Part shown: positions 1 to 11,779 of the stretch, in pieces
Layout: each line of letters begins with the position of its first letter
Position numbering within the stretch: the first letter of the stretch is position 1
Assembly (NCBI RefSeq): GCF_004010195.1
Contig: NC_057719.1
Location: forward strand, 81,638,340-81,699,544
Origin: Chiloscyllium plagiosum
Lineage: Eukaryota
Direction: 5' to 3'
Length of the DNA: 61,205 nt
Notes under the pieces: generated by a model
What the model saw: the letters and a program-made list of their open reading frames with translations, nothing else
Databases searched by the model: none
Told to the model about the DNA's origin: nothing
Program-made: the position numbers and the translations under genes

Positions 1-528
1 TAAATGATTAAATTCTCCTCAAAATGCTCCAGGGCCTCATCCCTTTCTATTTCTTTAGCTTCCTTAAATGCTCACAATCCTCCAACAATTTACTGTTCCT
101 TCTGTCAATCCGTCATTTTCATCATTGACATTCCAACTACTGACAGTTGTGCCTACATCTATGAACTCCATTGCAAAACCTCTATCACTTCCAAATCGAG
201 TCAGACCGTATTCTCACCAGCCCTAATATCGGCTTATGTGGCTTAGTGTCAAATGTTGTTTGGTAACATGCCTGAGATGTGCCTAGGAATGTTTCAGCAC
301 ATTAAAGGATCAATATAATTGCAAGTTGTTATTGGTCAGAGATGATGACTGCAATGGTACTTTTTGATTTTCTGTTCTGAGGATATGAAACACTGGAGAT
401 TAAATTTCTGCTGGTTATATATCTCCCATCTCAAAATGAGTTCCTGTTCCACTGGGACTTCTGGCCTATATCTTCGGTCTCACAGACTGAGCAAGTCTCA
501 TCTGCAGTGTGTCTTACAATTATACAAT

Positions 529-935
529 GACAATACAATATAATACAGCACATGAGCAGGCCCTACGGCCCACCAAGCCTGCGTCGATTCCTATTCTTAC
601 TTAAACCCATTACTTGTTGCCCATGCGTGGTTTCTATCTCTCTGTTTACCTCCCATTCATATGTCTATCAAGATACGCCTTAAACATCGTTAACGTGCCT
701 GCCTCCACCACCTCCACTGGCAGTGCATTCCAGCCACCCACCACCCTCTGTGTGAAAGCTTTAACCTGCATTTCTCCCCTAAACTTTTCCCCTTTCACCT
801 TGAACCTGTGTATTCTTGTAGTTGACCTTTCCATCCTGGGAAAGAGTCTCGGACTATCCATCCTATCCATGTCTCTCATAATTTTGTAGACCACTATCAG
901 GTCACCCATTAGCCTCCATCTATCCAGTGAACACA
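529..935 (-). mobile_element. CR1-clade LINE 3' fragment
   Basis: ORF2 C-terminus GDLIVVYKIM..FTQRVVGGWNALP with a (CAATA)n tail on the + strand. Confidence 0.9.
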
Positions 936-3589
936 TTGAAGGATAAAACTTCTTTTTACATTGTAGTATATTTTAAATCTTAAATGGGCACACTTATGAG
1001 GTCTATTGTATACACGGTTGCAAAACAATGGGATTTTCTGGCCTTGTACTTCACCTTGTACATGTACTTGTACATATCAGAAAACACTACAATTCCTGCC
1101 CTTATATATTTTTTAGCATTTGGAATCTTAAGGGACCACGTCAGACTATGCCAGTCTATTTATCCTTTAACCAACTGTAATATAGATAATATTGTACTGG
1201 CAAACTTACCTAGCATTGGGTATGTTCCTATTATATAGTAATATTGAAATTATGGTAATTAATGGACTTCAGCCAAAGATAATCAGAGTACTGCTCTGTA
1301 ACTATATAACACAGCATAGATTCATTATGCCACAGAATACATTGAATTTGAATGTGGCTGAATAAAGAGTTAAGCTGTTCTGAAGTGGAAGACTGAATGC
1401 TTCCTTTTTAACCCCTTGGAAATGTTAAGTTCTGCATACTTCCAAATCTCCTCTTCCCTTGGGGATTGGTGTACAGCTGATGATAACCCTCAGGGCCTTG
1501 CCCGATGCTAGGATGTGAACAATGAGTGGTGGCACGTAAGCCACTTAGCATGGCTCAAACAGTCTATACCTTACCTGATATTCACACACGTCCCTTTATC
1601 AAGATTCATTTCCAACACACTGGAGTTGCTGGCAGGTCTAAAATTTATTGCCCATCCTTTGTTGCCCTTGAAAAATTGGTGGTAGACCTTCTTCTTGAAT
1701 CTCTATAGTCTGTGTGGTGGATGTACTTGCTTGGTTCGGTTAAGCATGTTTTCCAGCATTTTGACACACTGACAGTGAAGAAATGCCAATATATACTCAA
1801 TAGAGATGGCATGAGATGTCAAAAGACACTTTGAGTTAATGTAGTGTTATGCACATGTTGCCCATGTCCTTTTACCATATGGTCCTGGATTTGGGAGATG
1901 TTACCAAGGCAGTACTTGGAGAGACATTGTGAATGGTACACTCTCAGTGAGAGTACACTATTGACAAGGGAAGGAATGCTTACAATGGTGGATGAACTAC
2001 CTATTTAAAAGACTACATTGGCTCGAAGGCACCAAGCGTATGGAATGTTCTTGGATCTGCACGCATCCAGGTAAGTGGGTACCAAGAAAAGATAGAATAG
2101 CCAAGAGAAGGAAAGAACCTACAGAAATAGAGGTTCACAACCTCCATTTACCCCAAAGCAAACAAATTCATTTTTAGTCACTTTCCTGATACAAGAAATG
2201 CAGCAGCTAATTTGCACACAGAAAGGTCCCAAATAATATTTTTGATGTGATATTGGTAGCAAGATAATCACTGACTTAGACATTGGAAAAAACTCTCAAT
2301 CAGGTTTGAAAAATATGAAATGGTCTTTGGTATCACCTTCATGGTCAGGCCCTCATCAGATCTATGGTTAACATCTTATTTGAAAAAAAAGTTTGACGAT
2401 GCAACACCATTTCGTTACTGTATTGTTGGAGTGCTAACTTAGACTACCTAAGTCTCTTGGAGTGGATCTGACCCTACAACACCCTGGCTCAGAGGTGAGA
2501 GAATATCACAACTATAGAAGGAGCAAAACTGTTTGATGCTGCCTCCCCTTGGTTTGAATATACTGAATTCCAATTGATATACATGGACCAGAACCCGAAT
2601 TTGGGGCTGCCTGAGTGTGTAGTTTAGTTCCACTCTTTATGAGTTTACTAACCGATCCAAAAAGGGGACAATCAGAAACAGGTCCCTGCCTTTCCCCAGA
2701 GTTAGATGTCAGGAAGAATATTTGTATATCATTTGAATGGCTCCCTCCAAATACCAGAAGTTGCCTGGGAGCAGAAAGGGGACTGCCCACAAGCAAATTA
2801 ACCCAAAACCAAAGAAAATTTCAGAAGCAAATCACACCTTCATTTATGAAGATTTCTTACTTGGTCCCCCTGGAGAGTTTAATATGCAGATCCTTTTTCT
2901 AGATCTTCGAACTAGATCTTCTTACCAAATCCTGTTCGCCTGAATACTGTCATTTTCTTTCTTTGTAAACAATTCTTCTTTTGGAAAGAATAAGTAAGTG
3001 TTAATAAATGTGGGATTTTAGATTAATTATTTTGACAGCAGTGTGACAGCAAGATGGTCCAGGCACAAAGAGGCAGGCAAGTGACTCCATAGAGGGAGGG
3101 GGAACAAGTGTTCTCAGTCAATGACCTTAACTCCCTCATATCTTGCAAGAGCATTGCTTTTGATGAGCCATTTAAGCCAGGACCAGTATTTTCTGCCTCT
3201 AACTCTCAGTGAACATGGTCATTAGAAGTACAGTCTCCAGTCCATGAGGGGCAGTGTTGCCAGTGCTGGTAAAGTTGATAGTTGTTCTCTTTCTGCACTT
3301 GAACAAGGAGACAGCTACAGTCTCACACAGGACACCATCCATTTCTGCGTAGAGAGGTGGCCAAGATTCTGCAGTTTAGGAGAAGAATTCATTGTGCTCT
3401 TTAGAGAGGGAAGCAGGTGAAGTGTGCACATGGCTTTGTCAGGGTAGTACATGTTGTCATGGAACAGGGTGCCATCAAAAATGCTCAAAAGTGACATTAT
3501 GGTTGCCACTTTTAAATGCTGAGATATCCCGTAATCAAAGAGCTTGCCACTTGTTTGATATCCATTTGGTACAGAACAAGCTTTAACAT

Positions 3590-3643
3590 AGTAGTGTGAC
3601 CGAGTGATCTAAGGAAGTGTGGGTTCGAATCCCACTGCTGCCA
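3590..3643 (+). pseudogene. tRNA-Leu-derived relic lacking anticodon and variable arms
   Basis: AGTAGTGTGACCGAGTGATCTAAGG..GTGTGGGTTCGAATCCCACTGCTGCCA matches the 5' (GGTAGCGTGGCCGAGCGGTCTAAGG) and 3' (GTGGGTTCGAATCCCACCGCTGCCA) ends of vertebrate tRNA-Leu; the middle is deleted. Confidence 0.8.
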
Positions 3644-3649
3644 TTTCTT

Positions 3650-3980
3650 GGTGCGGCACAGTGGCTCAGTGGTTAGCACTGCTGCCTCACAGCTCCAGGG
3701 ACCCAGGTTTGATTCCAGCCTCAGGCAACTGTCTGTGTGAAGTTTGCACATTCTCCCCATGTCTGCGTGGGTTTCCTCCAGTTGCTCCAGTTTCCTCCCA
3801 CAATCCAAAGATGTGTACATCAGGTGAATTGGCCATGCTAAATTGTCCGTAGTGCTAGATGCATAGGTCAGGGGTAAATATAGGGTCGGGGTGGGTTACT
3901 CTTCAAAAGGTTGGTATGAACTCATTAGGCCGAAGAGCCTGTTTCCATACTGTAGGGAATCTAATCCAAAAAAAATCTAA
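3650..3980 (+). mobile_element. HE1-type V-SINE
   Basis: tRNA head GGCACAGTGGCTCAGTGGTTAGCACTGCTGCCTCACAG, V-domain GTTTGCACATTCTCCCC, tail CTGTAGGGAATCTAATC. Confidence 0.9.
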
Positions 3981-4039
3981 AGTGTCACCCAGCTGGGTGA
4001 CGCCCACTAACCTGGCCATGTCACAAGCTTTTAGCCACC

Positions 4040-6300
4040 ATGTCAAACCAGACAGCACTCAACAACGCCTCATGGTAACACCCCTTCTGCACTCCCACTG
4101 CCTGTCGATCAAAACTCACAGGATGAGAGCAAACCCTACATGAGAAACCTCCGTGAGAAGACAATTGAGGTCCTGAACTCTCAAGTGTTCATCAGAATGG
4201 GAATCACATTTGTTGGGTTCTGCTGATTCCTTCACAAACTGGCAGTCGAAAGGGTTGGGGGCACAACCCTTGCCACCATGGATTTGGCAATCACATCTGG
4301 AGGATGAAAAGGCAACGCATCTACGTTCAGGATGAACTGTCAATACACACCACGGGTATCTGTCAGTACAACATACGAATCCGAAACTCCCCACATTTTA
4401 CCATCCAAAGTCTGTACCATCATGGCGTCCTCCTAGCTACATCCCTGAAACAAAAGCTGTCACAAAATGAATGTTTTGTACCAACTTTGTCCAACAAAGC
4501 AAGCAATAATCCATACAAAATATAACCTTACGCATCTCTTTGGTGCCAGTCCTGTGCATGTTTTACCCTGCTGGTGCCCCTCTACAACCCTGCAGAGGTA
4601 ATTGCAGTACAGCTGGCAGAAGGCTGCCAACTGGTGAAGATTGGTAGAAAGGCATTGGTTCTTCCAAAGCAGCTCCTGAAGGCCTGTCTTTGAACTGCAC
4701 CAGCTTACCCTGGTCTGTAGCAGGCTGGCCTGGCTAGCGATAGTAGAGGCACTGACCAAGACAGTGGGCACCAATTTGTTGATCCATAGAGGGGCTACCA
4801 TTCAGCAATCTGCTGGAGCTCGCTGGTAGGGTCTGAGAGCCTTAAACACCCCTCAAAGCAGTGGCATCTGCAGTCAGAATAGCAAGAGTCCAAATCTACA
4901 CTTCACCAAGCTGTAGGAGCCTGTGCCACCACTCTTACATTGGATGGCTTCCACACATGCTTTAGTAGAAGCTGAGGGATCAGCCATCCAATGTCGCATC
5001 AAGATCTGGTCCATAGTTTCACTCATGGAGTCAACCAGAAATTCCAAGCAGGAAAGGAAAGGCGCCAAGCTCTGCAACGAAGCCTCGTGCCAAGGTGGGG
5101 TCGGACTCATCTGTGCCCCTGGACTTTAAAGGCAGGCTTTCTGAGAGGCTTACTGCTGCACCCAGCTTCACAGTGTGGAGCGCCAACACTCTTTTTCTGA
5201 ACATCACCCCCACTGGAGTCCTCTCCTGAATCCATAACCTTGTCCTCTAACGAATTTATACATTGCTCCATGATTGATGCATCATCTGCAGATCCCATCT
5301 CCATGCCACCCTCTAAGCTGGGTTAGTGCCAGATCAGGTAATGATAGATGTTCTGCATCAGTCTGTTCTTGATCCAGGACTCAGCCTCCTCGTGCCTAGC
5401 TAGTATGTACACACCTGACGACAGACAGAGCACAGGTGATGTGTGTGTGTGTATATATAAAAAGGTACACAGTTAAGCCATCCAAACCTTGTGCATTCTC
5501 ACAGACTGTGAGATCAGGACAAAGAGAGATGTGTCTAAAGGTACATTAATAAAAAATAAACTTCCATTCCCTGGTTTTAACCTCATCACTGACCAGTGCC
5601 TGACTGGCCACTGGCCCGTTCTGTAATGGCTAGAACCACCTCCACCGCGCAGCCTGCCCCCTGCTGGTTAGCCGATGTTGCTGCCACTTCTTGTGCATCA
5701 ACTTGTATTGCAATAGCAAGTCTAAATTTGTCAAAGAATGTGGTAGACAGAAGCAACCTACCTCAGCTGGAAAGAGAAAAGCTAAATGCATGCACAAGTT
5801 GCGAGAAGTGAGCAGCAAAGCTTTCAGCAGTGAGAAGCCAGGAGAGATGAGGTTGAAGGTGTGAGGTGTGAGCAGTGATTGATAGAGGTTATTGCTAGGT
5901 GAGCGATGGAGATTGTGGGGCACTCAACAAGATGTGAGGTTTGAGGTGTATCCACTGACCTTAACCACCTACAAAAAGCCAATGCACCTCTTTTGGCACT
6001 GTATTCAGGTCCTAGGTTCCTTGCACTAACCACAATGACTGACTGGTCTCACTGCTTTTGTAGCATCTTCCTGGTGGGTATTCCGCTGTCTGAAACTCTT
6101 GTGACACGTTCTGTTGCCTATCGTACTATTTCAGTAGGTACACCATAGTTTTCAACTTCTGCTGCAGCCAGAAAGCATGTTGTCTTTTAAAAGATGACAT
6201 CTAGCTTCTAGCAGAGTAAGTGATGTTAATCTGGACGTTCTGCTGCAAGTAGTTCCAGCAGCCCCTTCACTGTTGAGTTGAACAGCACAATATTTAGCAT
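4040..6300. mobile_element. Degenerate PIF/Harbinger transposon (transposase C-terminus on +, Myb/SANT gene on -)
   Basis: + strand ~4060-4260: LMVTPL, R..EKTIEVL and FC*FLHKLA resemble WLMTP, IERxIGxLK and CCxLHN. - strand ~5980-6110: RKMLQKQ*DQ..VSARN..QCQKR is SANT-like. Confidence 0.55.
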
Positions 6301-6342
6301 CACTTTAAATGAGTGCAGGTTATCACACTTTGTAGGTTTTGT

Positions 6343-6676
6343 TTTATTCATTCATGGGATGACAGCTTTGCTGGCTAGACCAGTATTTAGTGCCCAGAGA
6401 GGACATGAGTCAACCATGTTATCTGATCTGGCCTGTATGTGACTTCAAACCGATAGCAAAGACGGCAGTTTCCTTTCCTAAAGGACATTAGTGAACCAGA
6501 TGCATTTTTCCTGACAATCAGCAATAGATTTGAGATCATTAAACTCTTAATTTAAGATTTATATTCAATTCAAGTTCCACCATCAGCCGTGGCAGGATTC
6601 AAACCCAGGTCCCCAGAACATCACCGGGTCTCAGGGTTAACAGTCCAGTGAAAATACTACTGGGCCATTGCCTCCC
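6343..6676 (-). mobile_element. tRNA-head SINE family with (ATGA)n tail
   Basis: Shared body CCCTAAAGGACATTAGTGAACCAGATG..GGCAGGATTCAAACCC. Other copies at ~18800-19145(-), 41683-42000(+), 45355-45665(-) and 49930-50185(+). Confidence 0.8.
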
Positions 6677-7874
6677 TGAGTATCTATAGGTAGTTTCAGT
6701 GGCTATTTTCTCTTGCCAACAGACTGTTCGAAATGTTCGGTGGGTTAGACATGCCCCACCAAGAAAGAACTCCAAAAATACACAGTAAAACTTGGAAATG
6801 AACATCCTTTACATAGTGGAGTTTCATTTTCAAGTATACAAGAAAACCAGTTGCACTGTTTCCAGGTTTTAATGGTTTTCTAGAGGAAAAGTCGAGAGGA
6901 AAGCTCCAATTCTCACTCTCAACCACTGAGTGTTCCCAGCATTTTCAGTGTTTATTTCGAATTGGGGCAAGCCTAGAGCCATCTCTTGGTGGGGATAATG
7001 AGACCCAATATTGTTCACTTACAATACACACCAGCAGTACGGCAATACTGCAACTAATGAACACTGCCTCTACTGGTCAGAGAGTATTGGACTAAGAGAA
7101 CACAACATGATGGCCCATCTTGGCTCACTATGCTAAGTCAGGGAGGAAAAAAAAGCAAAACAAACTCAGGCTGGTGTCCTGCTCAGTTCACTTTGGGAAC
7201 TGTAGAAATATATTGAAGGTGCTCCAAAAATGATTTGAATCCAAGTGCAGACTTCAGATCAACACCTATTATGACCTAACACTATTAGATCAGTCAGAAC
7301 TGAAAGCTGCAAGTCAGAGCAATGGGTTCAGAGCTTATGGCATAATTTCTTCAGTAGGCTCACAAAAACTGATGTAAAGTAAATAGTGTGCTTCATCAAC
7401 AAGTGGGAGTTGCGAACATTGAAGCTTTAGCTGAACAATGAGTTATCAGTCAGATACTTGACACACAGTGACGAGAAGTACTGTGACTGTCTTTTGGAAA
7501 TAGGGAAAATATTACAGTTTCACTAGTCCCATAATACATTTCCTAATGCAATACAAGCTACAATAGGAATTCTCCTCTGCATGGGTAATAGCAAAGAGAC
7601 AGCGCTAAGCAAAGCAGAAGGTGTCCCCGTATTTGATGGAAAGTCCATGCTGAATTATCAAATTTCAAACAGGGCCAAGGTTGAATTGTGATGTAAAGTT
7701 ACCCCAGTAATTCTGGGTTTCTAAAACGTATTAGGGCTGGCAGGTGCAATTCCTATTCCTGATCAATATCTATGCATGCAAAGTGTATAGAATAGGCTTG
7801 AATTGAAACTTGATATTCTTCAAGGTCTGTCATAAACCAGTGCGAGTTGAAACTTTAACAGAGTAGAAAATGGA

Positions 7875-8198
7875 AGATTAGATTAGATTCCCTATAGTAT
7901 GAAAACAGGCCCTTCGGCCCAACAAGTCCACACCGACTCTCCAAAGAGTAATCCGCCCAGACCCATTCCCCTATCCTATATTTACCCCTGACTAATGCAC
8001 CTAACACTATGGGCTTTTTAGTATGGCTAATTCACCTGACCTACACATCTTTGGACTGTGGAAGGAAACCATAGGAAACCCATACAGACACGGGGAGAAT
8101 GTGCAAACTCCACACAGACAGTCACCCAAGGCTGGAATCAAACCTGGGTCCCTAGTGCTGTGAGGCAGTAGTGCTAACCACTGAGCCACCATGCCACC
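7875..8198 (-). mobile_element. HE1-type V-SINE
   Basis: Reverse complement of the same head and V-domain, with an (AATCT)n tail. Confidence 0.9.
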
Positions 8199-8299
8199 AA
8201 AGAACTACAAGATTCCTTATTCAATCTAGAGGATGAAGCTACAGAATTACCACTTGCTTTCAAGTTGACCCCATGAAAGCTTTTTTTAACCAACCTTTT

Positions 8300-9800
8300 C
8301 AGCTTGACTTTATTTGATGAAGTCCCCTTTCAAAGTGTGAACACATAAGTCAATAAAACCAGGGTTTCATTCTGTGCATATTGATTCTGGCCTGACCAAT
8401 TACATTCCCATTTTCTCCCGTCCTGAAAGAATCAACTCATTCATTGTTTTTCTACCTGATCTGCCAGAAACCAATGAAAGTGCTTTCCCATTTTTGGATC
8501 TCTAAATCTCTCCCCTCTGTGATCAAAGCCAATGGGAATGTTCAGCCTAGCAACAGCAGAAGCTTCTTTCTTGAAGATGCATGGTTCAATAGTTAACAAA
8601 CACAAACTCAGCCTGTGCTTGTACACTGTTCTAGGCATTCATGATTCCCATCAGAAACAGAAAGATTTTCCTTTACATAAAGAAATAAGGGATCTAATAG
8701 CCACTTGAGGCCTCCAGCTGCATTCTGAAAAACTAGGAGGCCACAGGTCCATAGATGCAGCCTGAATGGGACAGCTGCACAACACAACCAACACGCTAAT
8801 AAGCGATAAAAGATACTTATCTGAATGTGGAGCCAAAAGAAACAGGATACATACTTCCCACTCCTTTCCCAAGTCCACGCCTACATAAGTCCACTTTCCA
8901 CTCGTCACAGCTTAGTACTGGTACAGAAGCACTTAAATAATTGCACCAGACACAAGGAACATTTTCTCGTGAGCATTTATTTGCTTCTTCTGATAGACAT
9001 ATTTTACACTTGGCATTGCAGGCTTTGCAGAAACCCAAATGCAGATTAAAATCTCAATAGCCAGCTGAATTCAGTTTAAATGTACAAACTGTGGAACCAA
9101 AGGTAAAGAAAATTCTCTGATCATGGTTTTACAAATTGGCTGTTGAATTCTGCTGGTGTCATTACCTTGATTCCTGGGTTCCTTCCCATTACATTCATTG
9201 ACCTGGAAGGTGTGTTTTAGTTGTTTGTCAATGGTGATAATGTCAGAGAAAATTGTGAGTGATGATGCTGGTATGGTCGTGTCACATTCCACATCAATGG
9301 CCACCTTGGTGAAGCCATCAGTTGTGGTACTATGGAGACCCAGAAGCCTCAGTTTTAGAACCTGCTCTCAACTGAGTAATCTGACATTCTGAGACATCCC
9401 TCCATTTTTGACTAATGTTGTGAGATTATAAATGTTTATTACATCTGAAAAGAGCAGATGTGGAAAAATAGAGTGACAAACGCATTTAAGTTGCACTGAG
9501 ATGCCTAACATTACTAAACGGCCAATATTCATTCTCTGAGCATGCGTATGAAGAGTGGACATTTTGATGTATCAGAGATCTACTGCTCCAAGTGGAATTA
9601 ACATATGCACAGACTCATTGAAAAAGAAAACCAAATACTTATGCATCAAAGAGGAAGAGTTTGTAATAAACCTTTTAAGTATGTCTGAACAAAATAAATG
9701 TATGTTTATATTCATAACATAGTTGGAAATGGGTACATAAAATCCTCTAATAAAGCTAAAGAAAGGTAAAGTGACCGACACACGTGAAATGTGATCTGCC
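8300..9800 (-). mobile_element. Ancient, heavily decayed non-LTR RT relic
   Basis: A mostly single-frame run of short ORFs containing QG..TPAEFN (cf. QGxxLSPxLFN), NAKCK (cf. NxxKT) and TYVGVDL (cf. KYLGVxL) in RT order. Confidence 0.4.
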
Positions 9801-11077
9801 TTTTAGTTGTTTAGCCTGAACTCAGTTGCTCACAGGCTCTTTATTATCACTCTTGTATACTGCAGGCTGACCTGCTCCACCATGTTTAATCTTCTTCATC
9901 ATGTTCTTTGGGTTTTAAAATGGCTTAATGAGCTGTAGTTGATCAATTACATAACAGTTTACAAATTCACAATCCCAAAGGCGAGTGACCATTGAGGTAC
10001 ACGATATGGTGAAGACAACATTTCATGATGATAAAGAGTAGCAAAAATAATTGCAAGAGTAAACCTGACAGCAAACAGTAATGGTAATTAAAACAAACAT
10101 TAAGAAGAATAGATTTTGGTGTTGATTTGTTAATTGATTTTTCACATATGCAAATATGTTATTTTTTCTTTTAGATTTTACTTGCCAGATTTCCAGCTTG
10201 AAAGAGGCTATTTGTTCCATTTGGACCATTGACCCTCTACCTCTTTGAAAGAGCTCTCCAACAATTCCTGCTTCCCTGTTCTTCAAGTATATATCAAATT
10301 CCTTTTTGACAATTATCAGGTAAACACATGTCAAATTTGGCTCAGTAGTAGCACTGTCCCTTCTTGAGTTAGACATTGTGTGCTCAAATCCCATTTCAAG
10401 ATTTGAACATACAATTACGATAATAATTTAGTGCAATACTGAGCTATCAAGACCCCAACTATCCATTCTGTGGATGAACAAGATTGCAAGGCTCTTTAAC
10501 AATCTTTTTGTTCATGACGTGAACTGGAGCAATACAGTGCTTTAGCTTTGGATTATGGTCAACAATTTCAACCTCTCCTTGTTACCAAAGTGGAGTAGCA
10601 GGAGCAAATACAGCCTCATTATTGAAGTCCATTAATTACAGTCCCTTGTTACTAAATGGCACAACCTTTCAATTAACACCTAGAAACATGAGCCCTTCTT
10701 AACTGCCATAGGACACAATCTATTTATGGCATTCATTAATACTTGCAATCCTGATACACTCTAAATTATAAATTACCTTCATCCACAACAACAACTTGCA
10801 TTTATTTGTAATTTTAAAGTGGCAAAGCATCCCAAGGTACACCACAGGAATATTATCAACCAAAAGTTAATGCTGAGTCACTTAAATGCATATTAGGATA
10901 AATGATGAAAAGCTTGGTCAAAATGCAAAGTATTAAGCAGCACCTTATAGAAGGAGTAGAGAGAGGTGAAGTAACTGAGAGGTTTAAGGAAGGAATTCCA
11001 GGGTTCAGAGCCTAAGCAATTGAAGGTATGGCTGAACACTTAAAATCAAGTTGGTAAGGAGGCTAGAATTGCAGTAA

Positions 11078-11672
11078 GAGACAAAAAAAACTGCAGATGC
11101 TGGAATCCAAAATAGGCAGGAGGCTAAAAGAACACAGCAAGCCAGGCAGCTTCAGGAGGTGGAGAAGTCAACATTTCAGATGTAACCCTTCTTCAGGATT
11201 GTGGTGGGTGTAGAGGAAACTGCAGATAAAGGGGGTGGCAGGGCAGGGTGGCGAAGTGGGGATAGATGAAGACAGGTCGAAGGTACGACCTGGTTGGTCA
11301 ACGGGACGAATGAATCGGGTTGGTGGCAGGGAGAATCGAAGGGATGGGGAGGAGCTGGGAAAGGAGACAGGGATGGAGAGGGAGATTATTTGAAATTGGA
11401 GAACTCAATATCGGCTCCTGCGGCCTGTCTGAGATGCTCGGTGAACTGTTCCCTAAATTTACATTCATCTCCCTTATGTAGAGAAGACCACATCTGGAGT
11501 ACCTGATGCAGTAAACTAGGATGGAAGAGAGCAGGTGAACCGGAGATGAAAATGGTGAGGTGAAGAAAGGGGAGGGAGGTGTCTAAGATGGACCAAGTGA
11601 ATTTGAGGACGGGGTGGAAGTTGTGGGCAAAGTTGATGAACTGCTCCAGTTCAGCCTGGGTGCAAGACCATG
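11078..11672 (-). mobile_element. Penelope-like element fragment
   Basis: ELEQFINFAHNFHPVLKFTWS..SLPFL RT motif, plus CTGCAGATGCTGGAATC..GAAGGG terminal region. Confidence 0.8.
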
Positions 11673-11779
11673 GCAAGGGAAGGAATCGTGAAAGATGTAA
11701 GTTGAAAATTGAAATAAATGATACAGGTGAGGCTCAGTGTTATCACAATTAATAAATATGGATGGTGAGTTTGGAAAGT

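Noticed and set aside
3984..4001. Perfect 18-bp palindrome GTCACCCAGCTGGGTGAC
   Set aside because: About 0.2 are expected by chance in 61 kb (61205/4^9), and there is no supporting context.
8860..8908. YVGVDLG on the minus strand, resembling a TnpB/Fanzor RuvC-I motif
   Set aside because: No downstream RuvC-II/III or zinc finger and multiple stops; it fits the LINE RT YLGVxL motif in context.
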